Numbered from the stretch's first letter, positions 48,348 to 58,184 are shown. The stretch is DNA of 64,000 nucleotides from a bacterium (GCA_021851895.1 JAJZQJ010000006.1:13861-77860); one strand, 5' to 3'. Program-made: numbers and translations. The notes: generated by a model from the letters alone, not told the origin.

Positions 48348-50318
48348 TTAGTTCGTGATGAAGAGGTTTGATGACTGGAAGTCTGACTCTGGTGCTGCAG
48401 TGATCGAGAGGCTTGCTCCGGTTGCTGCATCAGTGTTGTTGTAACCAACTGAACCGATCTGGAGGCGGTACTGGCCAGCTGCTGATGGGTCGTAAGTTAC
48501 GACAACCTCGAGCGTTGCTGACTCACCGTCTGCGATCTTCACCGTGTTGCCATCGCGAGTACCACCTGAAATGAGTGCTACTGATGCGGTGTTCGTACCT
48601 GCTGCAGTTACGTCAGTGTTGTTTGAATCCTCAACAGTGAAACGTACACCTGCTGCGCCGGTTGAGCTTGCGGTGAATGGAACCCATACATCATTGCCTG
48701 ATGCGGTTACCTTAACATCGTAGGTGAAGGTACCGAAGCTTGCTGATGGTGTGTTTGAGTTCGTGGTTGCAGCTACATTTGAGCTGACCTTGGTTACGTT
48801 AAGACCAGTTGCAAGGAAGGTCTGCTGGCGGCCATCTGCTGAGCCATAGAACTTCGATGATGGGATAACGTCGCCGTTTACGTCCTGAGCGTTGATGCTC
48901 TTGAACGAGATGGTTGCGGTCTGGCCTGCAACGAAGGTTGCGGTACCGATCTTCTGCATCTTTGCAACGACCTGGAAGGTCTGGGTCTCGTCCTGGTTAA
49001 CAGTTACGAGGTTGTCGATGTTGAAGTATGCAACACCTGCTGAAAGCTCTGAGCTTGAAGTGTCGACAGTGTCGATGACTGAACCATTCTGGACGAGCTG
49101 GAGCTCGCTGATCATGTTTGAAGTCGTCGTTGAAGTCGTAACGTTCATCTGGAGCTGGTCAAATGACACCTTGGTGCCCTCTGCCTTTACCTTGAACTCA
49201 TTCATGACAACCTTGTCGCCTGATGAAGTATCAGAAACGAAGTTGGTCTTCACGTCTGGGTTTGCAGCACCTGCTGAGAAGCGAACCTTAACATCAGATG
49301 ATGTTGAGAGCTTGTTAACAGCAACGCCGTTGATCGTGTAGGTCGTTGTGTCTGAGAGCACTGCACCGGTTGCATCTGCGAAGCGGATGTTACCCTCGGT
49401 GATGTCCCACTTAGCACCTGCGTTATCAGAATCAATCGATGAAGCACCGACTGCCTTGATGGTGAAGGTGGTCTGGTTTGAAGCACCCATCTTCACGATA
49501 ACCTTGTTGTCAAGAGCGATCGTCTTTGAGTACTGACCAGCTGAATCACGGTTGAAGTCGCTTGCATTTGCTGAAGCAACCTTTGAACCATTTGCGTATA
49601 CGTCGATCCTATCGAAGTAACGGTTAAGGTAGTTTGAAGCATTTGGGTATGCTGATGCGTTGCTTGCCTCGAATGCGAGAGACACCTTGAGGTGTGAAAC
49701 TGCAACGTCAGAACCGTCTGCCTTTACCTTGAATCCTGCAACAGTCTGTGCAACACCCGTCACGACATTCGTGTCGTTGTCTGAAGTGTAGCTGGTGACC
49801 GTTACTGAACCTGCCGTACCATTAAGACCAGTTACTGGAGCTGGAGTTGTGGTTGGGGTGGTTGATGGAGTAGAAACAACTGCACCTGAGCAGAGAGCAT
49901 TGATCTTTGCGCGGGTTGATGCACCTACGAAACCGGTACCTGCTGAGAGGCCTGCTGGAGCGAGCACCTCAGATGCGTACTTGTTCTGGAACTTGATGAC
50001 TGCAGCCTTCGTTGCTGGGCCGAAGTACATCGTTTCGTTGCCCTTTGAACCAACGCCTGATGCTGCTACCTGAGTATCAACATCTGAGTTAAGTGCCTTC
50101 TGGAGGTCCATAACCTCAGCGTCTGACATACCTGCCTTGAGTGACTTTGAGAGTACTACTGAGCAAGATGCTGTTGTTGCCGGCTTTGCTGCTGCGAGCT
50201 GAGCCATGAGCGCATTGATCTGCGCCTGGAGCTCCTCGATGGTCGCTGCTGATGCTACTACTGGGAGGAGCACTGCTGCGAGAGCAAGACCGACGAACTT
50301 TGAATTCTTATTCGTCAT
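48348..50318 (-). CDS. Surface protein paralog C (about 656 aa from MTNKNSKF): same architecture, C-terminus SDFQSSNLFITN
   Basis: N-terminus MTNKNSKFVGLALAAVLLPVVASAATIEELQAQINALMAQLAAAKPA; PG-binding domain; the 37-codon N-terminal ORF extension is rejected. Confidence 0.75.
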   Translation of the reverse strand: MTNKNSKFVGLALAAVLLPVVASAATIEELQAQINALMAQLAAAKPATTASCSVVLSKSLKAGMSDAEVMDLQKALNSDVDTQVAASGVGSKGNETMYFGPATKAAVIKFQNKYASEVLAPAGLSAGTGFVGASTRAKINALCSGAVVSTPSTTPTTTPAPVTGLNGTAGSVTVTSYTSDNDTNVVTGVAQTVAGFKVKADGSDVAVSHLKVSLAFEASNASAYPNASNYLNRYFDRIDVYANGSKVASANASDFNRDSAGQYSKTIALDNKVIVKMGASNQTTFTIKAVGASSIDSDNAGAKWDITEGNIRFADATGAVLSDTTTYTINGVAVNKLSTSSDVKVRFSAGAANPDVKTNFVSDTSSGDKVVMNEFKVKAEGTKVSFDQLQMNVTTSTTTSNMISELQLVQNGSVIDTVDTSSSELSAGVAYFNIDNLVTVNQDETQTFQVVAKMQKIGTATFVAGQTATISFKSINAQDVNGDVIPSSKFYGSADGRQQTFLATGLNVTKVSSNVAATTNSNTPSASFGTFTYDVKVTASGNDVWVPFTASSTGAAGVRFTVEDSNNTDVTAAGTNTASVALISGGTRDGNTVKIADGESATLEVVVTYDPSAAGQYRLQIGSVGYNNTDAATGASLSITAAPESDFQSSNLFITN

Positions 50319-50767
50319 AGTGAATGAAATGAAATAATGAAACTTGTTCCGTTTTCGCTCGGACGCTATACGAATGAAACATTCGTATGTCGTACCCTCG
50401 CTCGACGGAATAAATTTTGTATCTGTCATTAACGACTGATACGGTAAACGATTACTTAACAGTAAAAGTTTTATAAATCACGGTTTGAAGTTTGTGCATA
50501 CTATCCCCTCCGCAAGAAGTGACAATACACAGCAGGCCCGTACACTCCGCTAGGATCCGCAAGCGTTCCTAATTTTGTATACGCACCAATCATCTACCAG
50601 CAATGTCCTGTGAGAAGTTTGAGTGGCTGCTCGCCCCTCTCCGTTCACTACCAACAGACGACTTGCTTCGCTTTCTTCGATGGAAAACGCGATGTCACCA
50701 CCACGCCTTTCATTGCAGAAACTTTTCGCACAAACATACAAAGACGAAAAACTGCTCACGAAAGCTG
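50319..50767. repeat. Second copy of the duplicated upstream non-coding block, with a perfect leader hairpin atacgaatg-aaa-cattcgtat at 50368-50388
   Basis: Offset of 2880-2887 nt from copy B, the same as the gene-start offset. Confidence 0.7.
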
Positions 50768-50991
50768 TTGCCTCCAGCCCCAGAACCCAGCGGCACCCAT
50801 AATACTCACTTGGTGTGTGTATGTGTGCTTAGAATTTGTGGCACGCTCATTCCCGCCCGAAGGCGTGGAGATGAATGAGCGTAACGCAATCTTATTACAG
50901 TTGCGACACTAAGTCAACAAACGAAATCATTTTTTGTGACAATTTAATGGCTCTATAACTGGATATTCGACACATCGCCTCGTCTTAGAGG

Positions 50992-51059
50992 TGTCCTAAA
51001 TATGTCCTATATGCATGCGCAAATTATTTCAATTTAGGATATACATGTCCTATAGGACA
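50992..51059. promoter_or_regulatory. Cluster of TGTCCTA half-sites ending in the perfect palindrome TGTCCT-AT-AGGACA (51046-51059), between the regulator gene and the paralog array
   Basis: Seen in the sequence. Confidence 0.5.
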
Positions 51060-51088
51060 GACCCTTTTCTCTGGTGCCGCACCGATAT

Positions 51089-51116
51089 GAAAAGGCCCAA
51101 TGTTTAGGGCCTTTTC
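51089..51116. terminator. Terminator of the regulator gene (gaaaaggccc aatgtttag ggccttttc)
   Basis: Seen in the sequence. Confidence 0.6.
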
Positions 51117-51125
51117 ATATAATTC

Positions 51126-51147
51126 GATGTCCGTTATAAAGGACATC
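51126..51147. promoter_or_regulatory. Palindrome GATGTCC-N8-GGACATC overlapping the regulator stop codon
   Basis: Seen in the sequence. Confidence 0.4.
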
Positions 51148-52030
51148 AGTGCAGCAAAGGAAGTCGCGCGATGCGGTAAGTCGACCAACGACGGTCACCC
51201 TCCTTAATAAGGATACCCTCTTCGACCATTGCGGAGAGTTCACGCTGAATGGTTTTCTCGGAAACATTTTGGAGTTTTGCCGAAATGTCCTTTATCGAAC
51301 AATTCTGTTTCGTGGCAATGACACCGGTAATGATCTCTCGGCGTGAGTTTCGTGTCTCCTCACTGCGTGCCTGGCGCTCTTGCACATCTGCATCAACGAG
51401 CGTTATGTGTGGTGCAACCGCTGAACGGATACCACCTTCGGGGACCATAGTGATCGGCTTCGCCTTGATCACCTCCTTCTCCTTTATAGGGAGAGGAGCA
51501 ATCGGCTTAGGAATGTCACTCATCTGTAGGCGCGGCGCGCTGAGCGGCGTGCTGACGGGAATCTTCTTTTCAATGGGCGGTGCGACAGGCTTTGCTTCGG
51601 CTGTCTCTGCTTTGACCGCTACTGCTTCCGTGGTCGCTGCAATCGTAGCGAGAGAGGCATCCGCCTGCTCTTCCCCACCCCGCGTCGGCGCTGCGATCTC
51701 AAGGACATCGAAGAAGTCCGAGGTGAACAACGGTGCGGGGGTCGGCGCAGCACTACCTCGTGCCGCAAGGAGTACCTCGAGCGCACGGAGCTCATCCTCA
51801 AGGACATCAGCATTCATCGGGCTGACTGCACGTGCGATACGTGCGATCGAGAGAATGTCGAGCGTCTGCTCGATACCGCGAAGAATGCTTGCAGCATCGG
51901 ATTCGAGGAGCGCTACTGCGCAGTTGCGAAGGTGCCACTTTAGGGGCTCCTTCTCGGACATGATGTCCGTGACCATATAGAGAGCTGTTGCAAGCTTCAG
52001 TGCCTTGCGTGAACTGTACGTATCTGACAT
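51146..52030 (-). CDS. Putative transcriptional regulator with a C-terminal winged HTH, an Ala/Pro-rich linker and an uncharacterised N-terminal domain
   Basis: C-terminal IKDISAKLQNVSEKTIQRELSAMVEEGILIKEGDRRWSTYRI looks like a DeoR/GntR-type recognition helix plus wing. Confidence 0.5.
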   Translation of the reverse strand: MSDTYSSRKALKLATALYMVTDIMSEKEPLKWHLRNCAVALLESDAASILRGIEQTLDILSIARIARAVSPMNADVLEDELRALEVLLAARGSAAPTPAPLFTSDFFDVLEIAAPTRGGEEQADASLATIAATTEAVAVKAETAEAKPVAPPIEKKIPVSTPLSAPRLQMSDIPKPIAPLPIKEKEVIKAKPITMVPEGGIRSAVAPHITLVDADVQERQARSEETRNSRREIITGVIATKQNCSIKDISAKLQNVSEKTIQRELSAMVEEGILIKEGDRRWSTYRIARLPLLH

Positions 52031-52042
52031 ATGTCCTTTAAA
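52025..52042. promoter_or_regulatory. 10-nt palindrome GACATATGTC overlapping the regulator ATG, followed by TGTCCTTTAAAA; upstream half-site TTTGTCCTTTAGT at 52088-52100
   Basis: Seen in the sequence. Confidence 0.5.
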
Positions 52043-52218
52043 ATAGTTGATGGATTATTAACCGACAATCAGGTTGGAACACAACCTTTTTGTCCTTTAG
52101 TAGTGACGTACATTATACTAGATAATTTGAAAATGTCAATAGTTTCCCTATCTCATATCAAAGTCACTACTCTTGTGTCCTTCATACTACTCATCTGGGA
52201 CAATACGTCAAATACCAA

Positions 52219-52736
52219 GGGAAAAGCGTATAGGGAAAAGGTAATAGGGTTAATGCATTAAAGACATTTGATGCATAGCCGTTCTACTATATTTATAGAT
52301 AGTGTGCTATATTATAGCGATGGTGTACATTAAGGACTACAAGGATCTTATTGTATGGAAGAAGTCAATGGTCCTCACAAAGACCATATACCTGCTCTGT
52401 AAACACATTCCGACCTCTGAAAAATTCAGCCTAATTTCTCAGATGCAGCGATCTGCAGTTTCTGTGCCCTCAAACATTGCGGAAGGCTACGGGCGCACGA
52501 CGCGCAAAGATTATGCGCACTTCCTGCATATTGCACGAGGCTCAGCGGCCGAGCTAGAAACCCAAATCTTACTCACGAAAGACCTCTATCCGAATATCGA
52601 TACTACGCTAGCTCTCAACCAAGTAATGGAGGTTCGTAAGATTCTTGTCGTACTTATTCAAAAACTTGAGGCAAAATGAAAATGCAGCACGAGTATGCTG
52701 CATTTCCCTATTCCCTTTTCCCTATACGCTTTTCCC
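52219..52736. mobile_element. TIR-flanked cassette (518 nt; TIRs gggaaaagcgtatagggaaaaggtaatagggttaatgc / gcatttccctattcccttttccctatacgcttttccc) carrying one small gene
   Basis: The 37-nt ends are reverse complements apart from about 4 mismatches; same family as 48131-48262. Confidence 0.6.
52320..52679 (+). CDS. Four-helix-bundle protein (23S rRNA intervening-sequence protein family)
   Basis: Signature VPSNIAEGYGR...KDYAHFLHIARGSAAELETQ; own hairpin terminator at 52679-52704. Confidence 0.65.
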   Translation: MVYIKDYKDLIVWKKSMVLTKTIYLLCKHIPTSEKFSLISQMQRSAVSVPSNIAEGYGRTTRKDYAHFLHIARGSAAELETQILLTKDLYPNIDTTLALNQVMEVRKILVVLIQKLEAK

Positions 52737-52744
52737 TTAAACTC

Positions 52745-55078
52745 CTAGAGATCGTCTGCAGTGATAAGTATCGCCCTTGGCTTCGCGCCATCTGCCGGCC
52801 CAATGATCCCCCGCTGCTCCATCATATCGATGATGCGTGCCGCTCGAGAATACCCAAGACCCATGCGTCGCTGCAAGAACGACGTCGAGGCCTTACCACT
52901 CTCGACGACAACTCGCTTTGCCTCTTCAAACTTCTCGTCATCATCACCGCTATCGATACTCCCCGAGAGCATATCATCAGGGATGCCGTCGACGAGGGTA
53001 TTCGCGCCATCGGGATTTTGAGAGCCAATTGCAAGTTCTTCACCCATCGTGCCGTCATAGTTCTCTTTGAGGAACTTTACGATCTTCTTCACCTCATCCT
53101 CGGAGATGAATGCGGACTGGAGACGTATTGGCTTTGGACTCGAAGAAGAGACATAGAGCATATCTCCCTGTCCAAGCAAGACTTCGGCGCCCGCTTCATC
53201 GATGATCGTACGTGAGTCGACTTGCGAAGCGACCTGCATTGCGATACGGCCCGGGATGTTCGCCTTAATGAGACCCGTGATGACATTGACTGACGGACGC
53301 TGTGTCGCGATCACGAGATGAATACCCGTTGCGCGTGCAAGCTGCGCGATACGGACGATCGAAGCCTCGAGCTCTTTTGGAAATGCCATCATGAGATCTG
53401 CGAGCTCATCGATGACGATAACAATGTACGGCATGAGCTCCGGAAGCTCCTTCTCCTCGCCGGGCTGCGCCTTGCCATCTAATTTACGCTTCTCATAACG
53501 GTCGAGTGCAGGCTGCAACACATTCTTATGATATGAGCCGATATCTCGACACTTCTCACGCTCAAGCACCTCGAGACGTCTATCCATCTCCTTTGTGGCC
53601 CACTTCAATGAAAGTAATGCCTTCTTCGCCGCAGTGATGACTGGAGTCAAAAGATGCGGAATGCCATTATAGAGCGTAAGCTCAACGCGCTTCGGATCCA
53701 CCATGATAAAGCGTAGCTGCTCTGGAGAATTACGATACAAAAGCGATGTGATGATCGTATGCATGGTCACCGACTTTCCTGAACCTGTCGTTCCTGCAAC
53801 CAGCATATGAGGCATCTTTGCCACGTTCATATATTGACCGGCACCACTGATTCCACGGCCCAAAGCAACAAAGAGTGGATTTGGATCGTTCATGAACGTC
53901 GGATCCCCAAGCAAGGCACCAAGACCAACCGTCGCCTTCTGCTTATTCGGAATCTCAATACCAACGAGGGACTTCCCTGGGATAGGAGCCTCGATACGGA
54001 TCGGCGATACAGCGAGCGCAAGCTCCAAGTCGCTCGCGAGCGACGTGATACGTGAGAGGCGGACGCCCTGCGCAGGTTTCAATGAATAGCGCGTAACCGA
54101 GGGACCAACGGACACCTCATCCATTTCGACCTGGATACCGAAATTCGAAAGGGTGCTCTTAATGGTATTCGCATTTGCCTTTATATCCCCAAAGCCAGCC
54201 TTGCCCTTATCCCCTGCTAGTAATGCGATCGGAGGAGGAATGTATTTCCCGTGGAGATTCGAGTCAAACGTAAACGGAACACCTTCATTTTTACTTGGAG
54301 TCTTTCCCGGCTCGTGCATGTTGACGACGAGTGGTCGCTCCTCGGGCACCTCCTCAACGGTCTCCTCTTCAGGATCCTCGACCTCAACCTCTTCTTCTTC
54401 GTCAGGTGCCTGCTCAGCGACACTCTTCTTACCAAGACGAACAGTTACACCCTCACTGCCCTCAACGAGCTCCGGCTCACCATCATCCTCTTCCTCATAC
54501 CACTGCTCTGGCTTTGGCTTTCGCTTGAAGCGCGCAAACAAATTGAACACGAATCCCAAATGGAGTGGTGTATCAAAGAGCACAAGAATCGCAATGATGA
54601 ATATCGCCGAAAGCAGTATTCCTGCGGCAATTCCGCCAAAAAGGAATTTGATTCCAAGATATACGTAGTACCCGAATGCTCCACCAACGCCACCATCCCC
54701 AGCATTCGAATCGACGAGTGCAAGCAAACCAAGCGCAGAAACGAGGAAAAACGGACCAGCGATCAAAGCAGGGGTTGGCAAACCATGCCCACCAGTGCGC
54801 AAGAAATTAAAGCCGAGCAACAGGAAGAGCGTTGGAACGACCCAATAACCGACACCAAAGACATAATGGATACCATCATAAAGCTTCGCGCCGAGAAAAC
54901 CGCCCTGTCCGAAGCCTGCGACAAAGAGAATGGCTGAAAAAAGCGCGAGCCCAATTCCGATGATAGAATGCCTTGTTTCCTCCTTTAAACCTGACCAGAA
55001 GCCTATAGATGGCCCTGCTTCATCATATTCGGGTGTTGTCTTGACTCGCTTGCGCGTTGCCTTCTTTGCTGCTGCCAT
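52745..55078 (-). CDS. ftsK: DNA translocase FtsK/SpoIIIE
   Basis: 777 aa; N-terminal TM domain, acidic linker, Walker A GTTGSGKSV, C-terminal gamma wHTH domain (LQRRMGLGYSRAARIIDMME). Confidence 0.85.
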   Translation of the reverse strand: MAAAKKATRKRVKTTPEYDEAGPSIGFWSGLKEETRHSIIGIGLALFSAILFVAGFGQGGFLGAKLYDGIHYVFGVGYWVVPTLFLLLGFNFLRTGGHGLPTPALIAGPFFLVSALGLLALVDSNAGDGGVGGAFGYYVYLGIKFLFGGIAAGILLSAIFIIAILVLFDTPLHLGFVFNLFARFKRKPKPEQWYEEEDDGEPELVEGSEGVTVRLGKKSVAEQAPDEEEEVEVEDPEEETVEEVPEERPLVVNMHEPGKTPSKNEGVPFTFDSNLHGKYIPPPIALLAGDKGKAGFGDIKANANTIKSTLSNFGIQVEMDEVSVGPSVTRYSLKPAQGVRLSRITSLASDLELALAVSPIRIEAPIPGKSLVGIEIPNKQKATVGLGALLGDPTFMNDPNPLFVALGRGISGAGQYMNVAKMPHMLVAGTTGSGKSVTMHTIITSLLYRNSPEQLRFIMVDPKRVELTLYNGIPHLLTPVITAAKKALLSLKWATKEMDRRLEVLEREKCRDIGSYHKNVLQPALDRYEKRKLDGKAQPGEEKELPELMPYIVIVIDELADLMMAFPKELEASIVRIAQLARATGIHLVIATQRPSVNVITGLIKANIPGRIAMQVASQVDSRTIIDEAGAEVLLGQGDMLYVSSSSPKPIRLQSAFISEDEVKKIVKFLKENYDGTMGEELAIGSQNPDGANTLVDGIPDDMLSGSIDSGDDDEKFEEAKRVVVESGKASTSFLQRRMGLGYSRAARIIDMMEQRGIIGPADGAKPRAILITADDL

Positions 55079-55117
55079 AAAAGTGTGATTTCGTGGCTCT
55101 ATTGTAGCACGAATGCA

Positions 55118-55349
55118 GGGTATAGGTTATAGGGAATAGGGTATAGGGAAATGCAAAATGCAATGAATCAAGCCATAAATTCGACAGGAATAGCAATTTC
55201 ATATTAAATGCGTAAAGGACATCCTCTGTCCTTTTGCTTCTGAATTACCTACGACCTATGACCTATAACCTATTGCCTATCAAGCATATTTGAGCAAGAC
55301 CAACTCACCCGGACTCTTCTCTATACCCTATTCCCTATACGCTTTTCCC
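55118..55349. mobile_element. Third TIR-flanked mini-element (gggtataggttatagggaatagggtatagggaaatgc ... ctataccctattccctatacgcttttccc); it encloses the palindrome AAAGGACA-tcctc-TGTCCTTT (55214-55234) upstream of ftsK
   Basis: Seen in the sequence. Confidence 0.5.
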
Positions 55350-55431
55350 TTTCACTCTCCCTCCATTGACGTTGCCAGTCTACACTTTCGCGCTGAGCCC
55401 CCACCCTCCCTCTTATGCTATCATTATCCCC

Positions 55432-55872
55432 ATGACACTCAGGCAACTCATTATTCGTGGAACAGGAATCGCACTCGCGCTAGCCTTCCTTGTCTATGCG
55501 GGAATCGAGTCACGCGGAATCTTCCTCGGGCCGACGATCATCCTCGATTCGCCACCTGAAGGCATCAGTACGACCTCTTCACTCATGCTCATTTCTGGAC
55601 GATCCATTCGCACGAAGGAGCTCACCGTCGATGGCGGTAAGGTCTTCATTGACACAAGCGGTAATTTCTCGGAGCATTTGGTGCTCTCCCCTGGGTATAA
55701 TATAATGACTATTGTTGCCACTGACGCTCGAGGAAAACAGCATACGATCACAAGGCATCTCATCTATGATGCACCTCATGAGCAGCGCATTGTGACCGCT
55801 ACTACCTTAGCAGCGACCACGACCGAGGCGACGAGTTCACCAGCAACCACTACGTCAGGAATTAACATTTAA
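55432..55872 (+). CDS. Membrane-anchored hypothetical protein upstream of recA
   Basis: Start at MTLRQLIIRG; one TM; Thr-rich tail. Confidence 0.4.
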   Translation: MTLRQLIIRGTGIALALAFLVYAGIESRGIFLGPTIILDSPPEGISTTSSLMLISGRSIRTKELTVDGGKVFIDTSGNFSEHLVLSPGYNIMTIVATDARGKQHTITRHLIYDAPHEQRIVTATTLAATTTEATSSPATTTSGINI

Positions 55873-55881
55873 CATCATCGT

Positions 55882-56985
55882 ATGGCATTCAAAAAACCAG
55901 CAAAGAAGGCGGCGAAGACGACAGGAACGAAAGCGACCGATAAAGACGCTTTCGCATCGATCGAAGCAACACTTAATGCGATCAAAACCAAGTTCGGCGA
56001 CGAAGCGATCATGAAGCTTGGCGACCAGCCACGCGTCGCGATCGAGGCAGTCTCTACCGGCTCACTCGGACTTGATCATGCGCTTGGCATCGGCGGACTT
56101 CCCCGCGGACGCATCGTAGAGATCTTTGGACCTGAATCATCAGGTAAGACGACACTTGCGCTGCACGTCATCGCAGAGGCACAGAAGATCGGTGGCATCG
56201 CAGCGTTCATCGACGCAGAGCATGCACTCGATCCTGAATATGCACGTAAACTTGGAGTAGATATCAATCATCTTCTCGTATCGCAGCCTGATACCGGAGA
56301 ACAAGCACTTGAAATCACCGAGTCACTCGTCCGCACCGGCAATATCGACGTCATCGTCGTTGACTCCGTCGCAGCACTCACCCCAAAGGATGAGATCGAG
56401 GGCGATATGGGTGCACAGCATGTTGGAAAGCAAGCTCGCCTCATGAGTCAGGCTCTCCGCAAGCTCACTGCGATCTGTAGCAAGACAAAGACCATCGTCA
56501 TCTTCATCAACCAGATCCGTATGCAGATCGGCGTGATGTTCGGTAACCCCGAGACGACGCCAGGAGGAAAGGCGCTAAAGTTCTACACCTCCGTCCGTAT
56601 CGACATCCGCAAGATCGCACAGATCAAGAAGGGTGAGGATGTCATCGGTAGCCGCACGCGAGCAAAGGTCGTGAAGAATAAGGTTGCTGCCCCATTCAAA
56701 CAGGCAGAATTCGATCTCGTCTACAACGAAGGTATCAGCCGCGAGTCAGAGATGCTCATGTTCGGTGAGAAGTATGGCATCATCAAGAAGTCGGGATCAT
56801 CATACAGCTGGGGCGATATGAAGATCGGCCGTGGCTATGACTCTGCACGACTCTTCCTCCGTGAGAACAAAGAGGTCGGCAAGGATCTCGAAGCAGCGAT
56901 CCTCGAGAAGATGCGCGGTGATGAATCATTCTCTGTCACACCGACATCTGATGATCTTGATGAAGGGACTCCTGACGAAGAGTAG
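55882..56985 (+). CDS. recA: Recombinase RecA
   Basis: GPESSGKTT Walker A; loop L1/L2 regions; 367 aa with a Lys-rich N-terminal tail and an acidic C-terminus. Confidence 0.9.
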   Translation: MAFKKPAKKAAKTTGTKATDKDAFASIEATLNAIKTKFGDEAIMKLGDQPRVAIEAVSTGSLGLDHALGIGGLPRGRIVEIFGPESSGKTTLALHVIAEAQKIGGIAAFIDAEHALDPEYARKLGVDINHLLVSQPDTGEQALEITESLVRTGNIDVIVVDSVAALTPKDEIEGDMGAQHVGKQARLMSQALRKLTAICSKTKTIVIFINQIRMQIGVMFGNPETTPGGKALKFYTSVRIDIRKIAQIKKGEDVIGSRTRAKVVKNKVAAPFKQAEFDLVYNEGISRESEMLMFGEKYGIIKKSGSSYSWGDMKIGRGYDSARLFLRENKEVGKDLEAAILEKMRGDESFSVTPTSDDLDEGTPDEE

Positions 56986-57003
56986 AATATTTGTGCAACG
57001 TAA

Positions 57004-57056
57004 AAACAGCCGGCTATCGCACGGCTGTTTTTATACGCCGCATGCATATGCGGCGT
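57004..57056 (+). terminator. Two tandem hairpins after recA (aaacagccg..cggctgttt plus TT; acgccgcat gcat atgcggcgt)
   Basis: Seen in the sequence. Confidence 0.6.
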
Positions 57057-57248
57057 GCACAAATATTCTGCTTTCTCAGCAAGATCACGGCACTCGTCAT
57101 TTTCCGCAGACTTACCGTTTTACTCCAGTGCGCATTCAATATATACACGTACATCCCATTTGCGCGCTTTGCTCTAAACAGGTAATTCTACAAAAAGCCC
57201 CTCGGTGTTTCATCGTATTTTTGCTTATACATATTGATTCAAAATAAA

Positions 57249-57274
57249 AAGGAGGTCGAGAATTCGACCTCCTT
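57249..57274 (-). terminator. Terminator of the epimerase gene (aggaggtcga gaa ttcgacctcct; T5AT4 follows on the minus strand)
   Basis: Seen in the sequence. Confidence 0.65.
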
Positions 57275-57278
57275 GATC

Positions 57279-58184
57279 TTATGTGAGCTCCCATTCCTTG
57301 CGCAGCTGCGCAATACCCTCAGGGAGCGTGATGAGCGACTCCCAACCAAGGAGCGTACGCGCGCGCGAACTATCCGCGAGTGCGCGCTTCGGCTCGAGGC
57401 GTGCGGGGATGTATTCGATCGGATGCGCGAAGAGTGCTGCGAGCTCATTGATGCTCGTCTCGATGCCGTTGCCGATGTTGATGATCTCGCCCTTCCCCAC
57501 GCTTTCCGCATCGGCAGCCAAGAGATTCGCGCGCGCAATGTCCTCAACATGCACGAAGTCACGCGTCTGCGTCCCGTCACCAGTGATTGAAAGCGGCTTC
57601 CCTTCCTTGATCATACGCAGGAAGGCTCCGACAACGAGTGCGTAGGCACCGTTCGGATCGAGACGTGGCCCATAGACATTGAAATAGCGCAGGCATACGG
57701 TTTGGACACCGTACAACCATGCGTATTGATGCATGAGCTTCTCGCCGATGAACTTATGCGTACCGTAGGGCGACTGCGACTGCTCCGGCATGGTTTCCAC
57801 GAAGGGCACCTGCTCCTGATTGCCGTAAATCGCCCCCGAAGAAGAGAACACTACCCGTCGCACATGTTCGAGCCGTGCCACTTCGAGCACATTGAGCGTA
57901 CCGACCACGTTCGTGTGGAACGTCGCCTCAGGCTCATCGATCGTGTGCTGCACGCGCGGCAAGGCCGCGAGATGGAAGATGGTATCCACGCCGCGAGCCG
58001 CATCCCGAAGACGCTCACGGTCACGCACGTCAGCGTGAATGAAATAGGCGTTCTTGTTGACATGACCCATTCCTGCCACGAGACTATCATAGACGATGAC
58101 ATGATCACCACGCGCGACAAGCGCATCGACGATGTGCGAGCCAATGAAACCAGCTCCACCCGTCACGAGTACTTTCCTCTTCAT
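57279..58184 (-). CDS. NAD-dependent epimerase/dehydratase (UDP-sugar 4-epimerase, GalE-like extended SDR)
   Basis: VLVTGGAGFIGSH Rossmann motif; YxxxK catalytic region; AGGAGG RBS upstream of MKRKV. Confidence 0.8.
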   Translation of the reverse strand: MKRKVLVTGGAGFIGSHIVDALVARGDHVIVYDSLVAGMGHVNKNAYFIHADVRDRERLRDAARGVDTIFHLAALPRVQHTIDEPEATFHTNVVGTLNVLEVARLEHVRRVVFSSSGAIYGNQEQVPFVETMPEQSQSPYGTHKFIGEKLMHQYAWLYGVQTVCLRYFNVYGPRLDPNGAYALVVGAFLRMIKEGKPLSITGDGTQTRDFVHVEDIARANLLAADAESVGKGEIINIGNGIETSINELAALFAHPIEYIPARLEPKRALADSSRARTLLGWESLITLPEGIAQLRKEWELT

